Below, piece after piece: positions 16,633 through 30,521 of a stretch of 64,000 nucleotides of DNA (its first letter is position 1; each line of letters begins with the position of its first letter). This DNA is from Utricularia gibba (Eukaryota; Plantae; Magnoliophyta). The position numbers were made by a program, and so were the translations under genes. The stretch is from positions 1,364,001 to 1,428,000 of the forward strand of contig NEEC01000011.1 of the NCBI GenBank assembly GCA_002189035.1, read 5' to 3'. The notes below the pieces were generated by a model that had not been told where the DNA came from, ran no database searches, and saw only the letters and a program-made list of their open reading frames with translations.

Positions 16633-18549
16633 TTCTCACCAACCACCCAGGAAACACAAACTGTACTGACGAAGGACAAGTTCGTTTTCAAAAAAAATCA
16701 AAAAAATCTTTCCCTGATCTGCAAATCCAACACCGTTGTTGAATGAAAAAAAATCAGAATGAATTTGAAAACAAAAACAAAAGGAAGAAGAAACAATCTT
16801 TTTCAGTGACAACTGCAAGGGAATATGTGGTTTCAAACGGGAGGCAACGGTTGCTAGAAGCTTTGACTTCAGAATGCAACTCGTTCTCAGAGCAATGGAA
16901 TGGACTAGACACACAGTACGGCAAGAAGCAATGGGGATCAAACAAAATGCACAAACAAACAGAAGAAACCGCTGCGCAGAAGACGAGATTAAGAAAATAA
17001 TTTTAGTTTAAAAAAACAACGAATTGCAGCGGCGATTTCTTATAAAAACAAATAGTGCCACCAGAAGATTTTGAAATTTGAAACGCTGGAGCTACCCACG
17101 GCGGTGTGTGGGGCCCAACCTTGTTTTCTCACGTGGTGGAGCATGTCGTTCTGCTTTGGGTAGATTGACACTAATACCCACCCATTTGCCAATGTTTCAG
17201 TGCTTGTTTGAATAACAAAAGGTGGTTTATCAAATTTAGTATATATTATATTAGATAAATTATAAATGTGTTTGAATGGTAGTATAAGTTTATGATATAT
17301 GATTAATAAAAAAATTCTTTTCCATAAATAATTCTTTTTATCAAGAAAAAAGGTTCATGAGCTCTTGAAAATATTAGCCACAAGTTTTCGTGTTTGAACT
17401 TTAGTATCGATTGTATACAATAGAAAATTACTCAATATAGAATATAGAACATAAATATATAACTTTAATTTCGAAATACTCACTAAAGAAGGATAAACTA
17501 TACAAAATATAGAAATTTATCACATTGTTGTTCATGGTTGAGATTACTCCTATTGAAAAAAAAAAAGTAGAAATAGATTTTGTAATTTAAATAAAAAAAT
17601 TCAAAATAAAAATATTTTAGTAAGAAAATTCTAATTTTTAGTTCAATAAATGAAATTTATGTATTAAAATATTTGTGTTATACTCTCTAATCACGGTGCT
17701 TAATGTCTTTGCTTTGCTTTCACTTTTTCTCGGTTGGGAGATCTCCTCCACAAGTGCGATCACCGTACGCAGAGTTATTTCTAGCCTATAAGGATTATTG
17801 GTTCTTTGTTGGAATTCCTAGGTTAAACAAAGTAAATCTAAGTTTAAATACTACGCACGAACCAAACGCTCCACCAAGGGAGATGGCAAATGATGAATAT
17901 AAGAGGGTGGGATGGTAACAATCGCAAACCGCTGACCATCATATCCAAAAATGGTTATAAAAAATATCCAACTACATTTTAATAGTTTAAGAGTAATTCG
18001 TATTTGATTGATGAGTGAAATATAGTTGAGTATAAAATAAAAGCAAATTTAAATGAATATAGAAAAAGTGTGGTTTTTTAATTATTTTATGCAGTTATCA
18101 AAATGACCCTATTACTTAATTTTTTTAAAAAAAACCTAAAAGTAACTATCTTTCATTTTTTTAGTTTGTGCTCATCTACCCTGCATTTCAGCATTCTCCT
18201 CACGAATAGAAAGATGTTGCGGGAGCTTCTCTGAATTTTCTGATAGCAAGTAAATATGGTAATTCGACTTTTGAGATATGCTTGGTTCCCCTCTTATATT
18301 GTGAAGGTTCAACATGTCTTTCGTTGTTTTCATTTTGAGGAGGTGGTTGTAGTTGTCTTGTGTTGTATACTGTTACATTACATACAATATCATTTTGTCA
18401 TAACTTCTTTTTCCATTTTATATTCTTAACATACGTATCTAAACAATTCCAAAGAATCAAGCAAAAACAAAACGGTCATGGAAGCCTGAGGAAATGACAA
18501 ACTCTAAAGCAAATTGTCTAAGAGGAATTGAATGGCTGAGAATGATTTT

Positions 18550-19180
18550 AGAGTTGAGTATCATCAAGTTCTATAACCGAACTTCTCAAAACTATATTTA
18601 GAAACCGATGTTCTTATGCATCCACACATATCTAATAAGATACATGCATGAAAAAAGAATTATTATTTATTTGTGAATTTTTTAACCAGATTAGACACCA
18701 GTTTCAACGAATTGATCAACATTATGGATGCCAATGACATGGTTTGAAAAGAAATTGAGCATCTGCACATTTGTTTTACAATAAATATGATGCTATTTGG
18801 TTCAAAAGGTGTATGTATTGTAACATGTGGCAAGACTCCATAGGCTAAGGTATAAACCTTGGCCCTCTTAAGTAAAGGAAGATATTTGAAAAATATTGAA
18901 CTATTGGAAAGAATTCCATTACCGAGAACCTACAAATATCTACTCAAGAAGATTAGGTTCTTGAGTATAAATCTTGGACCTCTTTGATTCATGGATCTTC
19001 TTTTACAAAAATAAATTGGTGGGAGAAAGAGTATAGATGATGAGAATTGGAAAAAGAAATTAAGAGTTTCATGAATAGCTTAAATCCTTAATCAAAAGTA
19101 AGTAATTCTTTTGATAATTTTTTGTTGTATCCTTTTCTGGTTTTATATGAGTGATTTGTTTAGTTTGGCATAAGATTTCA
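18550..19180 (+). mobile_element. Possible degenerate copia 3' end plus LTR
   Basis: A segment running TGTAAC (~18820) to TTTCA (~19179) has LTR-like composition and follows weak RNaseH-tail-like sequence. No TSD found. Confidence 0.3.
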
Positions 19181-19969
19181 GCAAACTAAAACTCAAATAG
19201 AATGTTATTGTATGTTTCTCGCAATCAAATTGCTGAATCAATAATCAATATTGTTTTATATTTTATATTATGAGATGATGAGTAAGCTACTTGGATTAAT
19301 TATTTTAACTTATCAAAATATTTTTGTTTCTTGTAAATGAACTAGAAGTATCATATTTTCTACCACAAACAATACATGCCTAATGGATATAAAATAATCA
19401 CCAAAATTTTATTTTCTATTTCCATTGTGTAATCAACATGTGTGATGGTAGTTGTAGAGAAGTTGATGCTTGAGTTACCTGAATCGAGCCACATTCTTAT
19501 TCAGTTTTGTGATGGTTAAATAACAGCACGAGTTGAATTTAATTGCCTTGACGAGACTTAACCCATTGCGAATCCTTGTCTTGCAGCCTGATTTGAAAGC
19601 TCTAAATCAAATTATATTTGAAACCCAAATTTTAAAATTTTACTTTTAGTAAACAATTCCAATTTATTTAAGATTTTGAATCCATTTTCATTATCTGAAA
19701 ATGACAATAAGTCGGTTCGTCATCATCTTTGAGACATTCATCTTGTAAAATATCTAAAAACAATAATGATCATTTTATCCATTTTGTTATATTCTATCCT
19801 GAAAAACTCAATTACAAATATTGTTGCAAGGGAATTGCAAAGAAAGTTGTGGGACAAGTAGATACTAGTTTCTGCATAAGATTCCTAATCGACACCGTGA
19901 CCCGTCCCAACTGAACTCAGGCGTACAGTTCTTCAGGGCACTAAGCGGGCACTACAGTGATTGTGTCCA

Positions 19970-22031
19970 ACAGGTTTCCCTCGGGAACTTTCCTGATCTT
20001 TTAGGGGCAATGAATCAATTGAGCGAGAGTTTCAAGAACATTGAGAAGACCTTCGACAATGCTCCCGGACTCGAGGGGAATTCAGATGCAATGGCAAGCG
20101 ATGATGAAGGTATAGCCTTATTGCGTATCCCTTTTGGAGCTTGGATTTCTGTCGCTAACAGTAATGGTGAGTGGTTGTCATTTGTCTGATACGCTGTATG
20201 TCTTTTTATCATTATTTTGGCCAAGAAATCTGGTAATGATATGCTATCGAACATTTCCTTTTAGGCGAAATGTATATGTGGGTTGCAATGCGATACGTAT
20301 GGGAAGAAGTATGTACTATTGCTTACGGAATCTTCAATCTCAATGCAGAAGTACGGGGCAGAAAGATGAGGAAGATGTTGATGTTACAGTAAAGAGTAGC
20401 TCCTCAAGACCTTCCCCATTCAAGAACGAAAAAATTGAAAGAGGTCCTCCCAAGGAAGAAGCTAGCGAGGAGTTAAAAAACTCTTAAGGCAGTTATAGCA
20501 AAGGAAGAAGCCATAAAAGAAAATTAGTCATGATTCAGAGGATAACACTGCAGCAGATGGAAAAGGAGCTAATGCTCTATCAAGCTCAATTCTCATTAGT
20601 GAATGTAAACAAAAAGATGCTCTTCCCAAAAATGAACCTTCAAATCTTCTTGATAAAGATCTACTGGAAAAAGTACCTTTTACATTACTACAGCCAAAAC
20701 ATCCTGAATCTATAGAAAACAATTTTGTTGATAAATATCAGCGGTAGTATCTTCAAGGAATTTGGAATCAGTGGAACCTGAATCAATCATTGGAGGACCG
20801 GATACTTCTAAATTGGAAATGGATGGTTCTACTAGTATTTCAGATAACTTGGAAGTAGGAAATGTTGAGAAAGAGAGTTCTGGAGATGTTTTTTCAACTC
20901 ATTACAATTTGCCTAAAGTCCCTGAACGAAGCATAGAGCATCTGCCCTACATACCAAGTTTAATGGCATGGGTGATAACGTTTCTGAAATGCTGCTTATC
21001 TCACAAAATAATGTTGTGGAGGCTACTGAGGCAGTATTGTGATGCCTCAAGCTGATACTTTGATTGAACCACTGGAAATCAAACATTATCTTGAGGAAGA
21101 TAGCATAGGGGACTAATGATAAGTGCTGGAAGCCAAGCATCTGTTGTGGATTACGTGGCTGAACTTTATAAATTGAGGAAGGAGATGACAATAATGGAGA
21201 CTGCATCACAGGGTGCAGCCTGACAAGCTCAGGTAAACAGTTTGCTGTATTTCCATATTCCTATGAGTTTTTTAATGAACATGTATCGGAAAATCATTCC
21301 ATGGAAGTAGGAATGTTTCAAATAAGAAGTATTTCGTAGACTATGGTGGCACCAAAATTTTCCTCAGTATTTATCTCACCATGAAAATAAATATCATATC
21401 TTTGGTTGTACACTCTATGAGAGGGCTGCATACCATGAAATTTTATCCAATTGGCTCTTTCATTTACCAGCCTTCTTGTTAAGTTTACTTAGAATTTATG
21501 ACTTGGCATGGTGTGATTTGAGAGCTGTAAATATTTTAGTAAAATTGCGTTGAGAAAGAGGTTTATCATGCTGTGTCACTGGAGGTCTTTATCTTCTGAG
21601 CAGAAATGTAAACTTGATTATCCTCTTATCTCGGGCCAAGGCTGATGAAATTGCAAAGCTTATAATAAAAATGAATAGTTTAAATCAACAATTGATGATT
21701 TGAGGGCCAGTACACACTTTATTGGCTGTATTTTACGTTTCATTTTGGTGCATAGAGTTTCTTTCTATCTCCTTTTTTAGATCATGTTTCCGCAAAGCAT
21801 TTTAAACAGGTTGCTGATTGTAATTTTATTAATCTATATATTTGGAAAGTGATCTGTTTTTAAATGCATGGGATTTATCTATTACCATTATTTACTTACA
21901 TCTTCTCGCTTTCTTATGAAACCTCAATAGATATTTCAACTCTAGCAGTTTCTCTCGGCAGATCTGTATGTCTTTTTTTTTACAATGTTCTGGAACTTAT
22001 GACTTACAGACTGTATGAAATTAAGCATTAT

Positions 22032-22069
<38 letters not shown>

Positions 22070-25000
22070 GTTAAGAAAAAGATACATCTATATTCCCACA
22101 TATTTCCTACTGGTATCATTGAACTCCAGAAAAAAAAAATGAAGCTGATATTGAATCTCTGCGCGAGGAATTTCACCGAAAGGTCACCACACTTGAGAGG
22201 AAGGTAATCTAGTTTTTGGTTCCAAGATGTATTTTTAATTCATTTTTTTAAGAAAATGGAGAGACTGGCAAATTTTCAAGTATAAATGGTAGTTTGGAAA
22301 CTGTATTCAGAATTATTTCGGGTTGTGAATTATTTTATATGCATTTCCTTGACTGTAGAGACAAGCATGCGATTGTATCAGTATTGAACCTTATAAAAAA
22401 AATATGTGGTATAAAATGATATTTTCAAACAAAAGTGGCAAGGTTGCCTCACTACCTAGAATTCCTTATATCAGTCCAAGGGATGATAGTGATTTTACCA
22501 GGAAAAAGATGCACTTCGTAGAGAACAGAGCAAGAATAGTGATGTTGCTGTCTGTCTGAAGCAAAAGGATGAGATAATTGCTCAAGTGATTGCTGAAGGT
22601 ATATCATTCAATTTGAGTAGGGGAATTGGTTTCTTGTAGTTTGAGCAAATCTGCATCTCACTGGCTTAAAGTTGCTTCGCTGTTTTATTTCTCAGTAGAG
22701 GGAGCTTTCGGTGTTTCATGGGGACTGTTCTGTTAAGTCTATGAATATTAAGGTGCAAACAAAATTCAAAATATCAATGTATATATTAAGAAAATTACCT
22801 TGGAGATTATTTGGTTAACCTTTCTAAGGATTAAAATTTTGTGCATATCTCTAACAACACTGCCATGATCTGTAGCATCAACATCTTATTCTGGTATTCA
22901 ATGTGGTTTTATTTTCGTTTGGTGTCAGTGAGATTCATTGTAAGACCTGTGGTGGTTTTCACTCTGTTGGATGTTTAACACTCTATTTCTTCTGAAACTT
23001 AACTTAATTAATGACATTTTGGTTGTCGTTGATTCCTTTGACGCCACTCATCTGTTTTTATGGCCTAAAAATTAAGCATCATATGAGGTACCGCTAATTT
23101 TGGCTTCTCAGTTCTTCAAAAAATTCACTTATTGAGCCACTTTACTAGCAAATTTGTTCACAATACCAAAGCATTCTCTTGTTGTTCAGCTATCAAAAAA
23201 GCAAGCAGCTCAAGAATCTCAAATGAGAAAACTGAGAACACAGGTATGAAAATACAAAGCCATTTTATCTTTTAGAGTTGCATGCTCGAGGTGAATTTAG
23301 ACCTGGTTTATCATTTACTTTTTATGTAAGCTAGATCAGAGAACTAAAGGAAGAGAAGAAAGGGTTGCTTACAAAGATTCAGGTGCATTCTCCTCTATAT
23401 TCTGTTTGGTAATACATGTATATGTACTATTGATCCCTTTTGTCATATGCCCTATTAATTACATTGTGCCACGTGCTTTCCTTATTAGAATCGCTATGAT
23501 CCTCATATTGGATAGAGTTTAGACTACTGCATTCACTTACTTTTTGAATACCCAACTTGAGAAGAGTTTTTCTCTGATTTATTCCAGATTTTTATTCTCT
23601 ATCAGTATTAGTGTCCTGTCATTCATATGTTGTATGTCAACATTGTTTTATTGCGTTAAAGTTTCTAATATTTTGTTCGTTTTTTGCCGTATGTTAGTCT
23701 AACTGCTGTATGGATTCAGGTTGCAGAGAGAAAATCAGATAGCATGAAAAAGAGACAAGGCAACAGCTAAAAAATTGCTACAGGATACTGTTGAAAAACA
23801 TCAAGCTGAACTTATTGCTCTGAATGCTTCAAAAAAAGCTGTCGCGTTTGCTGAGGCATCTGCAGACATTAAAGCTTGAACTGAACTGGAAAGTCGACTA
23901 AGAGAAGTTCGGGATAAAGAAACTATGCTAATTCAAAGTCTTGAAGAGCTAAGACAGACTCTTAGAAGAAATGAACAGCAGGCTGCTTTTAGGGAAGACC
24001 AGATTGAAGCCATTCAGGTTCCTGTCCAATAAGCTAATTTTCCTGTAATAAATCTTGTTTCTCAGATCTAATGGAGTTTCGTAGTCATGCCAGGAAACAG
24101 CTGCTAGTGAGGCAGAAGCTTCGGCTGCCATTGAATGAACACTGAACGCAAGGCTTCAGGTTTTGGAGAAGTTGTTCTATCTAGTCTTTAGTATTGTTTC
24201 TAGTACAAGAATAGTCATTCCTGATCTAAAATGCAGGAAGCTGAGGCAAGAGATGCTGCTTCTAAGGAAAAAGAGCGTTACTATAATGAAAGAGTGACTC
24301 AAATCTTATCTCGAATTTGTGTTCTTGAAGCTCAGGTTCATATCTCAGTGTAAGCTATAGTACACTAGCGCTCAAGTTCTTTACTTATTTTTGGGCACCT
24401 TATGCTAATAAAGTACACAGATATCATGCTTTCGAGCTGAACAGCCACAGTTAACAAAATCCATTGAGAAGAAAAGACAGAGGGCAGCAGAAAATCGCCA
24501 GGAGCATCTACTTTTGAAGGAGGAAGCTGAAACTCATGAAAGTTGTACAATTCAGCTAGAAAATGAAATTAAGGAGCTCAAAAGAAAGCATAAAGACGGG
24601 TTGAATGAAATGCAGGTCCGTCAAGAGCAATTATAACAGGTATTCTTCTTCCTCAAGTGCTAAGCTCGTATCCACACTTAGCATATTAATTGAATGATAG
24701 TCTGGTTTTATGAACTATCTATTTACTATTCAGTTTTCACATTGAATTGTAATGCTGTACTTGAACAAGAACTTGAGCGGGAACAGGCTGCTCAGTCTGA
24801 AAGGGAAATGGTTGTTACAGTTCAAACTTCTGCGTTTCTTGAGTCAAGCTCCGTGTCTGGGCAGAAATTGATTTCATCTGGAAATGGTATGACCGTGAAG
24901 TATACCAATGAATCACTACTCTTATTTAAACTCTTGTTTCATTTGCAATCATTTTCTTCAGGTAACGGAATTCAAAAAATCTCAACTGCAAGGAGGCTCT

Positions 25001-25200
25001 TTCTGACAATTATGGAAGAAAGTTGTTTTCTGAAAAAAAACCTTCGAGCTATCTGAAAAAATCACCTGGGTTTAGAACCGAGGATGAGGCTTTGATGGGT
25101 CCGCATTACATCAAAAACCTTAACATCAAACTTTGAAGCTGCACTTAGAGAAAAGTATGGGGAGCTGGCATCTTACTATCTAGATTGGTATACGATGAAC
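19970..25200 (+). pseudogene. GC5: Golgin candidate 5 (GC5/TMF-like) pseudogene, intron-containing
   Basis: Exons read QVSLGNFPDLLGAMNQLSESFKNIEKTFDNA, IESLREEFHRKVTTLERK, EKDALRREQSKNSDVAVCLKQKDEIIAQVIAE, LSKKQAAQESQMRKLRTQ, ISCFRAEQPQLTKSIEK.RQRAAENRQE. There are several in-frame stops (TGA at Arg-like positions ~23878 and ~24135, TAA ~24635), frameshifts and an internal deletion. No in-frame ATG at the conserved MAWF start. Confidence 0.85.
22031..22069. repeat. Compound (CA)n(TA)n microsatellite in a GC5 intron
   Basis: tacacacaca cacacacaca cacatatata tatatatatg read directly. Confidence 0.9.
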
Positions 25201-25866
25201 TATGGTATTTACTCGTTCAGCACAAATCTTTTTTTGTGAGATATTGATCTATGTGCTTGTCAACTCAACCTGAGATAAAGTAGGAAAAAGCTGCGTAGTG
25301 ATGACTGTCAATATTCCTTTTTCTGTTCTTTTTGGCCTTGAGCAGAACAACTAATGTAGCTGATTCCATGCTGTGAGAAAATGATTGTGCTATGAAAAGT
25401 TTATGATTGCTCATTCTTACTTGCTTGAGAGCATGGTTTTGCGACTGCAAGACGGTTTTAAGATGAAGAAAACGTATCCACTGGTTTTGCCAGGGGGTCG
25501 AAGAAGTTTGAAAGCCTGTTTATTCAGGCTATGATCAATTCACAAGGTCTCTGAGCCAACTCTGCCATGGAAACTTCTGGGCTTCTGTTTCTGATTTTAA
25601 GCAGATCAAAGCACAGTTTCCCATTCGGATACTGCGCAAATTCTATCATTTGATGGAGAAACGCACAAAATCTGATGAAATTCCGTAGGCCAGATATCCA
25701 AAACGTTGAGTCACAAGCAGCAGCATCAGAAGCAGCCAGACAGACAGACCGATTCATTCATCATCATCAGCTGGGTGTCTGCTCCTGATGTTGTTACATA
25801 CCCTGGTCCTGTATTCAGGGGCTTCGAATCCAGGCAATGTATTTATATATCTTTGTGAGAAAGTCA

Positions 25867-27753
25867 TCAGAAGCCTCCGCCCAGAGAGGAGGGAGCCCAG
25901 TAATCAGCGCCAGTGTCGTTTCCGACGTGCTGAGTGCATGAAATGGGGACAAGGCACAGCCCTCTACTTCTCAGGTCCTTCCCTTGCCCTCCTCTTTTTG
26001 ATTCCTAACACCATTTGCAGAAGAAAATACCTCATTGAGAACTCCCCAAGACATCAGTTCCCTGATGAATTGGATATTCCAAAGCGTAGGTTAGATACCT
26101 GGCCACCTTCTTCAGAGAACAAACAGCTCCTTTCTTGAACCTACCACAAGGTAACACAACATGCTTCATCCTCTCTTGAATCATTATGGAGTTTGACTCG
26201 TGGATTTGAAAGGCAGCAGCTTTAGACAGAGAGAGATGTCACTTACAGAATGTTGGGTCCGCATGTAGGGGGAACTGAGAGCCTGCACCCCGCACCACAA
26301 AAGGAATATCTATCTGTTAGGTTCTGTGTAACTAACTCAATGCACTTTTTTTCAGTGCACACATTACCTCGACCTGAGTTTGAAGGAACCCAATGTACCC
26401 GATGGCCTCTGACAGCACAGAAGCGGTATCAGTCTGCAACTCACACAAACCAACTCTTTAGATGCTTAGGCCACTAATCATGGTGATTAGTAACTGGTAA
26501 CTACTAATCACCTTCCCAAATGGAGAAACCAGTTGATGAAGTGCCGTTATTCTGTCCCCCAACTTCTCCTTTCTCACCTGATTTCTTCCACCATGTGATT
26601 CATGCATATCAAAGGACCAACACAAGAATGCTCAATGTTACCTTCAAAGCAGGCTGCGGTGACGAAGCCTGAACTCTAGCTTTCTTCGACACTCCATCGG
26701 GCGCCATGGTCGCATTGATGCACTTTTTGATACAAAACCAGAGAAGCAATGATTAGCACAACACAAAAAATCTTTTTTTTCCTCTCTAACATAAGTATTC
26801 AAATGTGACTAAAAGCCAAGAATGTGGGAAATAACTAAGAAACCCTTCATCCAAAACCCAACAAAAGTTCTTGTTCGATGATATTTGAATTGGTTGGCCC
26901 TTGTAAGGACCGGACCACACCCCACATCTGTTCGAGATTCGGACTGGGGTTTAGCACAAGACTTGACAGTTTCCCAATTGTCCATAATGTGTTTGGCTGC
27001 TAATGGCACCATGCAACATATTCCATTCAAAGAATAAATAAATAAATGCATTCTGGATAGGGGAATCTCACCTGAGATGCATGATCTCCCCTCCTCGATT
27101 GTTTCTGACTCTTCACTCCTCCATCCGCCGCCGGGGCGAGTCCCACTTTGTCACCGGAGAAATCGAGCACGCCATCGGTTACGAACGAGGAAGATGAAGA
27201 AACCGGAAGATGCCGCCAGGATTCACTCTCTAACAGTTGCTGGCTCGTACACCGCACGAGTTCCTGCTTCACATCAATAAGGGGAACCCTTGCAATGCTA
27301 GGGCTCAAGTTCACAACCTCATCCTCCCAAACCTCCAGCTTCTTCTCCGGCTGAAACCCGCCGCCGCTGATCGGAATCGGCATAAACACACAACACACAC
27401 CTCAGAAACACATACGCACACTTACTCCCTTTATATACTACAACAGCAGATTCTTCAACAGATTCCCATGTTGAAAAGAAGCCACGAAAAAAGAAAGAGA
27501 ACCATGTTCTTCTCTGTCAAAGCTTGGAATATATACTGACAACAACCTTTACAGTATTAAAAAAAAAACATCAAGGATAAACTTACAGTAGCAGTTGGCT
27601 CCAAGACCTGGCCGCTGGAAGATGACTAAAGCCATAGACTGTGTCTGAAGATGAACCCACTGAAGCATAAGCTGGAGAAGCGGACGAAGAAGAAGAAGAA
27701 GCAAGGCTGGATTCATGGGAGTGCATGGCCCACCAGCTAGGGTTTCCTGCCAT
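25867..27753 (-). CDS. bHLH transcription factor, subgroup X (bHLH68/bHLH133-like)
   Basis: [15 protein letters not shown]|GG, then SKKARVQ..PALK|[22 protein letters not shown]|[22 protein letters not shown]|ALSSPY, ending [34 protein letters not shown]. All joined by GT-AG introns. Confidence 0.92.
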
Positions 27754-28901
27754 CTAAAACAAACAAGAATCCTTCCCTCTAGAAAAACGAAAAAACCACA
27801 GATTCAATGCGTTGGATCTCAAATTTTGTCTGTGAATTATCAGCTTTTGTATGAAAACTCAAAGCCATTTTTATACTTGTGGGGGCCTAGGAAGCTTTCT
27901 TTCTTTCCCACTCTCACCCTTTTTTAATTATATGTAAACATGCTCGATCATAAATGGTTCATTTCAGACAAATTTATTTGTGTTAAAAATGGGATTGTCA
28001 TAAAAAAATTAAAACTTGTTGTTTAATTTTTTATAAAAAAATGTTTTACTCAAAATATTAATATTTTATGATCCAATGCCTCAGGTTACATTCCCCAAAT
28101 ATTATTATTTGTATTTTTCATTTTCAAAATAAAAACTTAATAGTTCTATAAAACAAATTTACTCTGACTTTTAATTCTCATTCTAACAATTTTTTTCCAA
28201 TAATATCATCTTTTTATTCTTTATTTCAAATTCCCTCTATATTTCTAGGGTTTAGAGAAATTAAAGAACAAAATCTATTGCATAAATTAATTTTTATCCA
28301 AATAGTATTATTATTATTATTATTAATTAGGGAATTTTAATCTGGATCCGGATTGTATTTTTCCCACCCTTCCTTTTATATTCTCGCTTTAGCTTTTGAG
28401 AAAAGCGATGCAGAAGAAAAGCTGATGGGAAGTGTTCCCTCCCCAAAGAACAAACACTAGTGGACTTCTAGATCCTCTTTACTCTTCCTTTACAATACCC
28501 TTTTTTTTTTTATTTTTTTTACAACAAACAAAATTAAAAAAATCAGATTAAATTAATTAGGAATCATAATCACTCCGGCTGTTGGTAAATTGGTCACCCA
28601 CTTTCGGTAATAAATAATTATTAATTTCAATGTATTCAAATTCCACATCCACAATAAGCAGATGGCTAAAAATAGTAAGTGCGTTGGATTTCTTATTTTT
28701 TTAATTGGATAAAAAAAATATTCAAGTGCGCGTGATTGTCAACTTGACAGCTACACTCTTAAAAGGTGGCCCCACATCATACAAAAAGAAAATACATAAA
28801 TAAATGGATATTAATATTAAAATCTTCCCTATTAGTGCGCAACAAAAAAGATTAGAATAATTAATTTTCCCTCTTTGTAACAAATATGGACGAAACTACC
28901 C

Positions 28902-29549
28902 TCACACGATTCGGTCCAATTCTCTTTCGAGCTCGTCGGCCCAGTCCGCCTCACCGAAGCCCTTTAGTGCTTTGCTCAGGACCCGGCCCAAGTAGTCGTC
29001 CACTTCGCACCCACTCCTCTTCATCATCTGGTAGATCCTGACCGTTGATTCCTTCCTCCCGGCGCCGACCACCGCCATCACCAGCCGCAGCAGTCCCTTC
29101 GTCTCGATGATACCGCTTCCGTCGGCCTCCAATTCTCCGATCACCGAATCGATCTCTTCAGCCATCCCGTTCCTCGACAACGCGAGGACCAGCTCCGCGT
29201 ACGTGTCGAGGTCGGCGCCATACTCCGAGCGGAGGGCGGAGAAGGCCAATTTGGCTAGGGGTAACTGGTCCTGGCGGAGGAGCTCCTTGTACGTGGCGGT
29301 GAGGTCTGATTTGAGGAGGCGGTAGAGGAGTTGTGTAGGGAGATTGCCGGCGTCGGTTTTGTGGGCGCGTTTTAGGGATTGGATTGTTTGGATTGCTTCG
29401 CTGCTGAGGATCCGGCCTTTCGATGGCTGTGGCCGGTGGTCACGCCGACCGCATCTCACGATGTAAATACTGCGGCTGGGTCTCTTGACGACGACGGCGG
29501 CCGTGAAATTTTGGAGCAATGTGAGGCTAGTACCGGCGGCGGCAGCCAT
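28902..29549 (-). CDS. THA8: THYLAKOID ASSEMBLY 8 (short PPR, plastid group II intron splicing factor), intronless
   Basis: Intact ORF from ATG 29549: transit peptide ending IVRCG, KGRILSSEAIQTIQSLKRAH, LLKSDL...KELLRQD, AVVGAGRKESTVRIYQMMK, VDDYLGRVLSKAL. Matches THA8 (At3g27750) from memory. Confidence 0.88.
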   Translation of the reverse strand: MAAAAGTSLTLLQNFTAAVVVKRPSRSIYIVRCGRRDHRPQPSKGRILSSEAIQTIQSLKRAHKTDAGNLPTQLLYRLLKSDLTATYKELLRQDQLPLAKLAFSALRSEYGADLDTYAELVLALSRNGMAEEIDSVIGELEADGSGIIETKGLLRLVMAVVGAGRKESTVRIYQMMKRSGCEVDDYLGRVLSKALKGFGEADWADELERELDRIV

Positions 29550-30445
29550 TTGGTGGTGGCACTTGTGCGGCGGAACATCGAAATCCAAGATAAGAACCGT
29601 GCTGAGTGCTGGGTGATGTGTCTAAGGTAAATGACGGAAGTGCCCTGCCGACCCGTTTCTTTCATTAATCAATCGAATTGAAGGATTTAAAATCGAAAAC
29701 TTGGAATTGATGTTTTTTTCCCAAGTTTTTGGTACGAACAAATGAGTTTAGATGATTTTAATTATAGGATATCATTAATTTCTAAAAAAATATTTATTAA
29801 AATGATTCCTACTTAATTGTTCAACATTAACAACAAATCCGAAATTTGAGAATCTTTTCCTTGTATCTTTGTTTATGATTTATTGTTTTTGACTGACGAG
29901 TGTGAAATTTGGCCGATGTATTATTTAGAGTTTATTAGAAAATTAATCATTTTTCCACATGTGTTTGAAAAAATTGGTCATTATGTGTAATGTTTTACCA
30001 AAATGATCATCTTGTCATCATAAAAAAATAATATATATTTTTATTGAAATAACCTTATAATAATATGAATTAAATTTGATATATAATATTCCAATTTCAT
30101 AAATTATATTTTTTAAAAAAATAAAAAAATAACTAAAAAATGATTAAATATCTAAAAATTTTCTTTAATTTTTTATCTTAGTATTTTTTTAATAAAACTT
30201 GATAAATTATTTCTAAAATATTAATTCAAATAAATTTATACTAACATTTAAAAATAAAATAAATATAGCAAGTATAAAGTATAATTAAGATAAATTTAAA
30301 GTGGTGTTTGGTAGATATTTTTTTTATTATTTAAACATCCATATATTAATAATAATATTTAAATTATATTATGTTATATGGTAACATTTCCTAATTTAGA
30401 GTCATATTACAAATCCTAATGTTTCCATATTTCAATGGAAGTGAG

Positions 30446-30455
30446 TATATAAAAA
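30446..30455 (+). promoter_or_regulatory. TATA box of PAM2-RING copy A
   Basis: TATATAAAAA 67 bp upstream of ATG 30522. The paralogous copy B has TATAAATA at the same position (~38155). Confidence 0.6.
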
Positions 30456-30521
30456 GGTTGTTTTCGACAGGAATTCTTCACACGACTCAGCCTGAGCCCC
30501 TCTTGCCGACTTGTTTTTCCG

